A stretch of DNA of 32,000 nt from an uncultured archaeon (GTDB taxonomy: Archaea; Asgardarchaeota; Lokiarchaeia; Sigyniarchaeales; Promethearchaeaceae): the NCBI GenBank assembly GCA_964426185.1, contig CAYRPF010000004.1, positions 53,464-85,463 on the forward strand, written 5' to 3'. Positions 26,614-32,000 of this stretch are shown in pieces. Within the stretch, counting starts at the first letter, position 1. Each line of letters begins with the position of its first letter. The position numbers were made by a program, and so were the translations under genes. Under the pieces are notes generated by a model. That model was not told the DNA's origin and did no database searches. It saw only the letters and a program-made list of their open reading frames with translations.

Positions 26614-27492
26614 CTAAATCCTTGAATTCAGCAGCCAGTTAAAGAAAACAGTCAAAACACCTGTGAAAATAGCAGCAAAAACCATTTGCAAGCCAAATTT
26701 CAGAATACTTTCTCGGCTCAGTTTGGCTAAGAATGATCCCAATAAGAATAATACGATGATAGATAGACAAAAAGATACAATATATTGCAATAATGTTGCA
26801 GGTTGAGTAGGATTTCCAAATAAGAATGGTAATACTACAATAATAACCCCTGCAAAGGGGGAGAAACCATCAACAAATGCCGCAATCTTTCCTGCAAATT
26901 CTTGTGCTTCTTCAAAAATGGTTTTTGATTCTTTATTTGAATTTTTCTTCTTTTTTTGGGGTAATTTTTCCAATTTATTGGATTTTTCTGTTATATTTTT
27001 AGATACAAAATCCAAATCCAATTTTATAGGTTTTTTCAACCATTTCTGACGGGGGGTTTTTTTGCTGATGGAAAATGAAGATATTTTTTCAAATCTTCCA
27101 AGAGCCAATTCGATATCATGTTCGGAATACTTGGGTTCATTACTATCATTATTTTGTTCATTACCCTCCGCGTCAATTAAGCCCAATACCTGCTTCATCT
27201 GAATCACGTTAAGAGAACGTTCTGCAGATTCGGCTAAATGACTACCCGTCAATCCTGAAATTCCGATAGCAATAGCTGTAGTTAACCCACTAAAAAATAG
27301 ATATCCGCTTGTCTGCAAGCTTGAATTAGCAATAAAAAATGCAAAACCAGCCAAAACAATACCCAATGCTGTTAAAATTCCGTCAAAAAAGTTCATGACA
27401 AAATAGCGTCTAATTATGGGGCCTGCTTCTGAGATTTCCCATAATACTTTCCAATGTTCTATCCGTTTTTTCGGTTTAGTTTTTTTCGACAT
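26614..27492 (-). CDS. VIT1/CCC1-family metal transporter (archaeal type) with a large cytoplasmic insertion
   Basis: RRYFVMNFFDGIL, GISGLTGSHLAESAER, VDGFSPF and LFLLGSFLAKLS; 5 TM helices. Confidence 0.85.
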   Translation of the reverse strand: MSKKTKPKKRIEHWKVLWEISEAGPIIRRYFVMNFFDGILTALGIVLAGFAFFIANSSLQTSGYLFFSGLTTAIAIGISGLTGSHLAESAERSLNVIQMKQVLGLIDAEGNEQNNDSNEPKYSEHDIELALGRFEKISSFSISKKTPRQKWLKKPIKLDLDFVSKNITEKSNKLEKLPQKKKKNSNKESKTIFEEAQEFAGKIAAFVDGFSPFAGVIIVVLPFLFGNPTQPATLLQYIVSFCLSIIVLFLLGSFLAKLSRESILKFGLQMVFAAIFTGVLTVFFNWLLNSRI

Positions 27493-27568
27493 TTCTGTGT
27501 CAAATGTTTATAGAGTGCTTACTAATTTATAATATTTGAAGCGTTAATAATTAATTTAACGCTGCTTT

Positions 27569-27997
27569 TTAAGTAAATTTAACATGGGAAGTATGCATCT
27601 GCATATCCTCTGTATTATTGATTTTAAAGTCGTACCAATCTTCTAAAGTGGAATAAATAGGTATTTCATACGATTTATCCTTTTGTTCCAGCTTTATCTT
27701 GCCTAGATAAATGGATTTTCCTCGAGCACCTTGGATATCTAAGTTTTTAATAATTTGGCCAATTTTTGAAATCACTTTCGGATCTTTGATAAACATAAAA
27801 TTAGGTTTTTCATAATTTTTAGAATTTCGAGCATGTTGACGGAGGTTTTTTGGAACGGCAATTTCGGGGTCAATTTCAAACTCGAATGAGGGTAATCCTC
27901 CGAGAGAATATATCCAAATTGCTTTCACGTTTTTGTAATCGTGCCATTTGGGGATTTTCCAATTAAATCGAGTTAATGAGATTTTCGTCCGAGGCAT
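27569..27997 (-). CDS. Hypothetical protein
   Basis: 142-aa ORF with a GAGGTG RBS; no family recognised. Confidence 0.7.
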   Translation of the reverse strand: MPRTKISLTRFNWKIPKWHDYKNVKAIWIYSLGGLPSFEFEIDPEIAVPKNLRQHARNSKNYEKPNFMFIKDPKVISKIGQIIKNLDIQGARGKSIYLGKIKLEQKDKSYEIPIYSTLEDWYDFKINNTEDMQMHTSHVKFT

Positions 27998-28139
27998 ATC
28001 ATTATCAACACCTCACTTTACAAAAATCTTTTTTATGATAAAAAAAATTTTAATTAAAATTCCAGATCTAGAATAAAATTTAGCAGATATTCGTTCTACA
28101 AAAATTTTATTCATCAGCTAATTTAATATCACGAAAAAA

Positions 28140-29447
28140 ATGAAAATTAGTTATATCGGATCTGGATATGTTGGTCAAGTAAATGCAGTTGGTTCTGCAT
28201 ATTACGGTCATGATGTAATTCTGATGGATGTTGAAGTAGAAAAAGTGAACTCCATCAATAAAGGAATCCCCACGATTTTTGAAGTTCATTTGGAAGATAA
28301 CATGAAGGAATTAGTTCTTGAAAAGAAAAAATTGAGAGCTACCTTGGATTTGGTGGAAGCTGTAAATCAGACGGAAATTTCTGTAATTTGCGTGGGCACT
28401 CCCGACAAAGGTGGCATGATTGACCTTTCTTATATTCAAGAAGTAGCCAGCAGTATCGGGAAAGTCTTAAAGACAAAATCCAATTACCATGTAGTGGTGG
28501 TTAAATCAACCGTAGTTCCTGGAACCACTTTGAAGTTAGTCAAACCCCTTCTGGAAGAATATTCCGGTAAGAAAGCAGGAGTAGACTTTGGACTTGCTAT
28601 GAATCCAGAATTTTTGAGGGAAGGTGTAGCGTGGTACGATAGTATCCAACCAGACAGCATTGTAATTGGTAGCGAAGATGAAAAGACCAAGAAGATAATA
28701 AGAGAGATGTATTCTTGGGCACCTGAGGAAAAATTCACCTACGTTGGCATCAATGCGGCTGAAGCAATAAAATATGCCAAAAATTCCTTTTTAGCCATGA
28801 AAATTACTTTTGCAAATGAATGGGCGAATTTCTGCGATAAAGTGGGTATAGATGCTCGAGAAGTCTTAGAAGCCATCGGTGCAGATAAACGAATTAGTCC
28901 CATGTTCCTTAGAAATGGACCTGGTTATGGAGGTAGCTGCTTTCCGAAAGATGTGAATGCTATTGTTCATGCTGGGCATGTTAATCATGCTCCTTTTGGA
29001 ATCTTGGAAGAAGTTGTTCAAATTAACCACAACCAATACTTAAAGATGATAGATTTGGCGGAAAAGGTGGTCGGTCCTTTACGTCGCAAGAAAGTAGGTG
29101 TGTTAGGCTTATCTTTCAAACCATTTACAGACGACACTCGTGAATCTCCTGCTCTGCGATTGATTTCCTTTCTAATCTCTCGTGGCTGTGAGATTAAAGC
29201 CTACTGTCCTCAAGGAATGCAAATGGCTAAAAAATGGTTTGAAGCCCACCGAATCACCGAGATTGATTATAAAAACGATGCAAAAGGTTGCACCGAAGAA
29301 GTGGATGTGATTATGGTTCCGACTGATTGGCCTGAATTTAAAGAAATTATTGCAGCAACCCGCATACCAACGATCATTGGCCATCGTTCACTAATGGATC
29401 CAGCAGAATTTCCTCATGTTTATGCTTTAGGTTATCCCAAACCATAA
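28140..29447 (+). CDS. ugd: UDP-glucose/GDP-mannose dehydrogenase family protein
   Basis: GSGYVG, ICVGTP, VKSTV, NPEFLREG, GYGGSCFPKD (catalytic Cys) and GLSFKP.TDD.RESP. Confidence 0.95.
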   Translation: MKISYIGSGYVGQVNAVGSAYYGHDVILMDVEVEKVNSINKGIPTIFEVHLEDNMKELVLEKKKLRATLDLVEAVNQTEISVICVGTPDKGGMIDLSYIQEVASSIGKVLKTKSNYHVVVVKSTVVPGTTLKLVKPLLEEYSGKKAGVDFGLAMNPEFLREGVAWYDSIQPDSIVIGSEDEKTKKIIREMYSWAPEEKFTYVGINAAEAIKYAKNSFLAMKITFANEWANFCDKVGIDAREVLEAIGADKRISPMFLRNGPGYGGSCFPKDVNAIVHAGHVNHAPFGILEEVVQINHNQYLKMIDLAEKVVGPLRRKKVGVLGLSFKPFTDDTRESPALRLISFLISRGCEIKAYCPQGMQMAKKWFEAHRITEIDYKNDAKGCTEEVDVIMVPTDWPEFKEIIAATRIPTIIGHRSLMDPAEFPHVYALGYPKP

Positions 29448-29471
29448 CAATACAATTCGGAGTAAATCATA

Positions 29472-29999
29472 ATGACACCAGTTCCATTGAAAATTCACCA
29501 ACGACATATGCTAAAAACGAAGGATATCAAAAAATTATTGAGATCTCTTCAAGATCAATTGAAACTTTCTGAGGAAGCTGTAAAAAAAATTGTGTCTGCA
29601 AAGGATAGGGTAGAATGGATGAAACTCGATGGAAACCAAGAACTTTATGCCATCGATGGTGTTTTAACTTTTTGGGTGAAAGAAGGGACTTTTATCCCTT
29701 TACTTAGTTATTTAATGAAGCATTCTCTTCCCTATCCTCGAGTGAAGGTTGATCCAGGTGCGGTTAAGTTTGTTTCAAATGGCGCGGATGTGATGCGACC
29801 AGGTGTCACCGAAATTGATGCGGGAATTTCACCCGGTGATATTTTGTTGGTAGAAGATCCCCAACATGGACGAATCCTTGCAGTGGGAGAAGCACTATAT
29901 TCCAGCGAACAAATGGAAGCTATGGAAAAGGGAAAAATTATCAAATGTGTTCATTCCTTAACCGATTCTATCTGGACATTTTCTAAATCCTTTAAATAG
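29472..29999 (+). CDS. Pre-PUA/PUA RNA-binding protein (archaeal MCT-1/Tma20-like)
   Basis: VDPGAVKFVSNGADVMRPG, LAVG and KGKIIKCVH...D.IW. Confidence 0.9.
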   Translation: MTPVPLKIHQRHMLKTKDIKKLLRSLQDQLKLSEEAVKKIVSAKDRVEWMKLDGNQELYAIDGVLTFWVKEGTFIPLLSYLMKHSLPYPRVKVDPGAVKFVSNGADVMRPGVTEIDAGISPGDILLVEDPQHGRILAVGEALYSSEQMEAMEKGKIIKCVHSLTDSIWTFSKSFK

Positions 30000-30066
30000 T
30001 ATTTTATTATTGCATATTTAAAGGAGAATTATGCACTCTATTAAATTTTTAAAAAAATTTTAGCCT

Positions 30067-30083
30067 GAGGGGTAGTGCCCCTC
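30067..30083. other. GC-rich inverted repeat (hairpin) upstream of the methyltransferase
   Basis: GAGGGG-TAGTG-CCCCTC, a perfect 6-bp stem in very AT-rich surroundings. Confidence 0.55.
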
Positions 30084-30104
30084 TTTAGAGATTAGTGAAA
30101 ATCT

Positions 30105-31946
30105 ATGATCATAAATAATCACTCAATATATAGCCAATTACTTGATAAGATTAATTATTCTAATGATATTAATATATTAAACAAGTATTTTAATCAAGAA
30201 TATGGGTTCATTTCTTTTTTTTCAAGTCCAAAAAAAGTTCAAGATTTCAAAACATTTTTAAAAAAAAATCTTGATAATCAAAAGAGTATAGAGTTTGATT
30301 ACCAAGATTTAGGTGATTTTCAGACACCTTTTGAATTTTCAGTTGATGTGTGTAATTTTCTTTCTAAAATAACTGAAAAATCCGAAGTATTGATTGAACC
30401 AACTTGTGGAAAAGGAAATTTTGTTTTGGCAGCTCTTAAAACAATTCCATCAATTAAATATATATATTGTGTTGAAATTCAATCAAAATATGAGTGGATT
30501 TTCAAAATAAGGTTAATACTTTTTTTAAAAACTCACAGAAAAAAAGTACAAATCGAGTTTCATAATGAAAATATTTTCACTCATGAGTTTTCTCCTAAAT
30601 TCCTTGATATGATGAAGGAAAAAGATTGTATTATATTAGGTAACCCCCCATGGGTGACTAATACCGAATTAGAAAAGCTTGGTTCTAAAAATTTACCAAA
30701 AAAATCGAATTTTAAAAAATTCAAAGGAATCGATTCAATTACAGGAAAAAGTAATTTTGATATTGCTGAATATATTATTTATCATCTTATTTCTAAATTT
30801 GATAAATATAATGGATATATTTGTATGTTATGTAAAAATATCGTTATCAGAAATATAATTAAAGAAAATCCTAAACTAGATTTAAATATTGGAGAAATTA
30901 CACAATTAAATTTCGATTCAAAAAAAATATTTAATATTAATGCAAATGCTTCAGTTTTTATTGCCAAATTGAATAGTCCTCCTGAATATACCTGTGTTTC
31001 CACTAATTTCCATAACTCTTCCCATCGTTATGAATTCGGTTGGTATCATAAAAAATTCGTTTCAGATATTGCAAAATATAAAGAAACAGAAAAATTCGAT
31101 GGTAATTTTTCTTATGAGTGGCGTCAAGGTATAAAGCATGATTTGTCAAGAATAATGGTTCTTAAAAAACACGACGATAAAGGAGAATATATTAACGGTA
31201 ATAAAGAAAAAATCTCTTTAGAAGAAGATTTAATTTTTCCCTATTTAAAATCTTCAGATTTAAAGAAAATGATTGTGAATAAATCAAGATTTTTTACAAT
31301 AATTACTCAAAAAAAAGTAGGAGAAGATACAAAATATATCAAAGAGAAATTTCCTAAGACATGGAATTATTTGAATCAAAATGTTGAATTATTTAGAAGG
31401 AGAAAATCTTCGATATATCGAAATAAACCAGATTTTTCGATTTTTGGTATTGGAAAATATTCTTTTGCAAAATTTAAGATAGGTGTTTCTGGTCTATACA
31501 AAAAGTTAAATTTCGCCTTAATATGTCCTATTGGAAATAAACCAGTTATGCTTGATGATACTTGCTATTTGGTACCATTTGGAAAGAAAAAAGATGCTAT
31601 AATTACTTGGACTTATCTAAATTGTAAGGAAGTATCTCAATTCATGGAATCAATTACTTTTCAAGATACAAAAAGACCGTATACGAAAGATGTTTTAATG
31701 AGAATATATCTACATTCAATTGTAAAGAATATTGAATTATCAAAAATTTTAGATTTCTATAAAAAAGAATTATTTAATTTGACAAATTATGAACTTAAAT
31801 TAGAAGATTTTAAGACTTATAGAAAAAATTTAGATCCTTCTAATGTAATTGAAGTTGATAAAGATAAGAAAGTATCGAAAAATAACATAATATTTACAAC
31901 AAACGCTATAAAAAAGAAAAAAATAACAGATTATTTTGGATCTTAA
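30105..31946 (+). CDS. Amino-DNA methyltransferase, gamma class (probably N6-adenine, R-M type)
   Basis: Motif X GDFQTP, motif I IEPTCGKGNF and motif IV GNPPW in gamma order, followed by a TRD-like C-terminal half. Confidence 0.9.
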   Translation: MIINNHSIYSQLLDKINYSNDINILNKYFNQEYGFISFFSSPKKVQDFKTFLKKNLDNQKSIEFDYQDLGDFQTPFEFSVDVCNFLSKITEKSEVLIEPTCGKGNFVLAALKTIPSIKYIYCVEIQSKYEWIFKIRLILFLKTHRKKVQIEFHNENIFTHEFSPKFLDMMKEKDCIILGNPPWVTNTELEKLGSKNLPKKSNFKKFKGIDSITGKSNFDIAEYIIYHLISKFDKYNGYICMLCKNIVIRNIIKENPKLDLNIGEITQLNFDSKKIFNINANASVFIAKLNSPPEYTCVSTNFHNSSHRYEFGWYHKKFVSDIAKYKETEKFDGNFSYEWRQGIKHDLSRIMVLKKHDDKGEYINGNKEKISLEEDLIFPYLKSSDLKKMIVNKSRFFTIITQKKVGEDTKYIKEKFPKTWNYLNQNVELFRRRKSSIYRNKPDFSIFGIGKYSFAKFKIGVSGLYKKLNFALICPIGNKPVMLDDTCYLVPFGKKKDAIITWTYLNCKEVSQFMESITFQDTKRPYTKDVLMRIYLHSIVKNIELSKILDFYKKELFNLTNYELKLEDFKTYRKNLDPSNVIEVDKDKKVSKNNIIFTTNAIKKKKITDYFGS

Positions 31947-32000
31947 CCAGTAAGAATACTTGATTAAATACGTTAAAAATATAATATGAGAAGGAAAATA

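Noticed and set aside
27998-28139. AT-rich intergenic region with A/T tracts as a replication origin or ncRNA
   Set aside because: No ORB-like G-string repeats, adjacent cdc6 or stable structure; consistent with divergent promoters.
2890-31003. Numerous 60-90 aa ORFs antisense to or nested within long genes (e.g. 5092-6642, 11851, 16935, 20842, 23489-23766, 28484, 29732, 30782)
   Set aside because: They are shadows of well-supported genes, with no motifs or RBS of their own.
1-32000. tRNA, rRNA, CRISPR array or IS elements
   Set aside because: Intergenic gaps are all short (under ~150 nt) and AT-rich, with no cloverleaf, periodic repeats or transposase motifs seen by eye.

Overview
AT-rich, gene-dense archaeal DNA. 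An Asgard (Lokiarchaeia-like) origin is inferred from the A/V-ATPase, EndA, PUA/MCT-1 protein, GNL2/Nog2-like GTPase, GAGGTG/GGAG ribosome-binding sites and protein style; it is not proven. From left to right: a 5'-truncated giant membrane-anchored subtilase with a cytoplasmic double zinc ribbon, translationally coupled to a double FtsX/MacB permease; metallophosphoesterase, CPBP protease, PfkB kinase, MEMO1, circularly permuted GTPase, YdjM-like membrane hydrolase and a divergent PurN-fold formyltransferase; a zinc-ribbon membrane protein/EndA/nitrilase cluster; a complete 9-gene A/V-type ATPase operon in the unusual order K-C-(H/G)-F-E-A-B-D-I; a VIT1 + DUF47 pair, two orphan ORFs, UDP-glucose dehydrogenase, a PUA protein, and a very AT-rich amino-DNA methyltransferase. 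Main leads: (1) the methyltransferase ends in a PCNA PIP-box-like tail; (2) the receptor-like protease/permease module; (3) the rearranged, probably H+-coupled ATPase; (4) probable non-canonical ATC/ATA starts, one of which hides two transmembrane helices; (5) EndA with a crenarchaeal-type specificity loop. No tRNA, rRNA, CRISPR array or IS element was recognised. All family assignments come from motif recognition by eye, not database searches.
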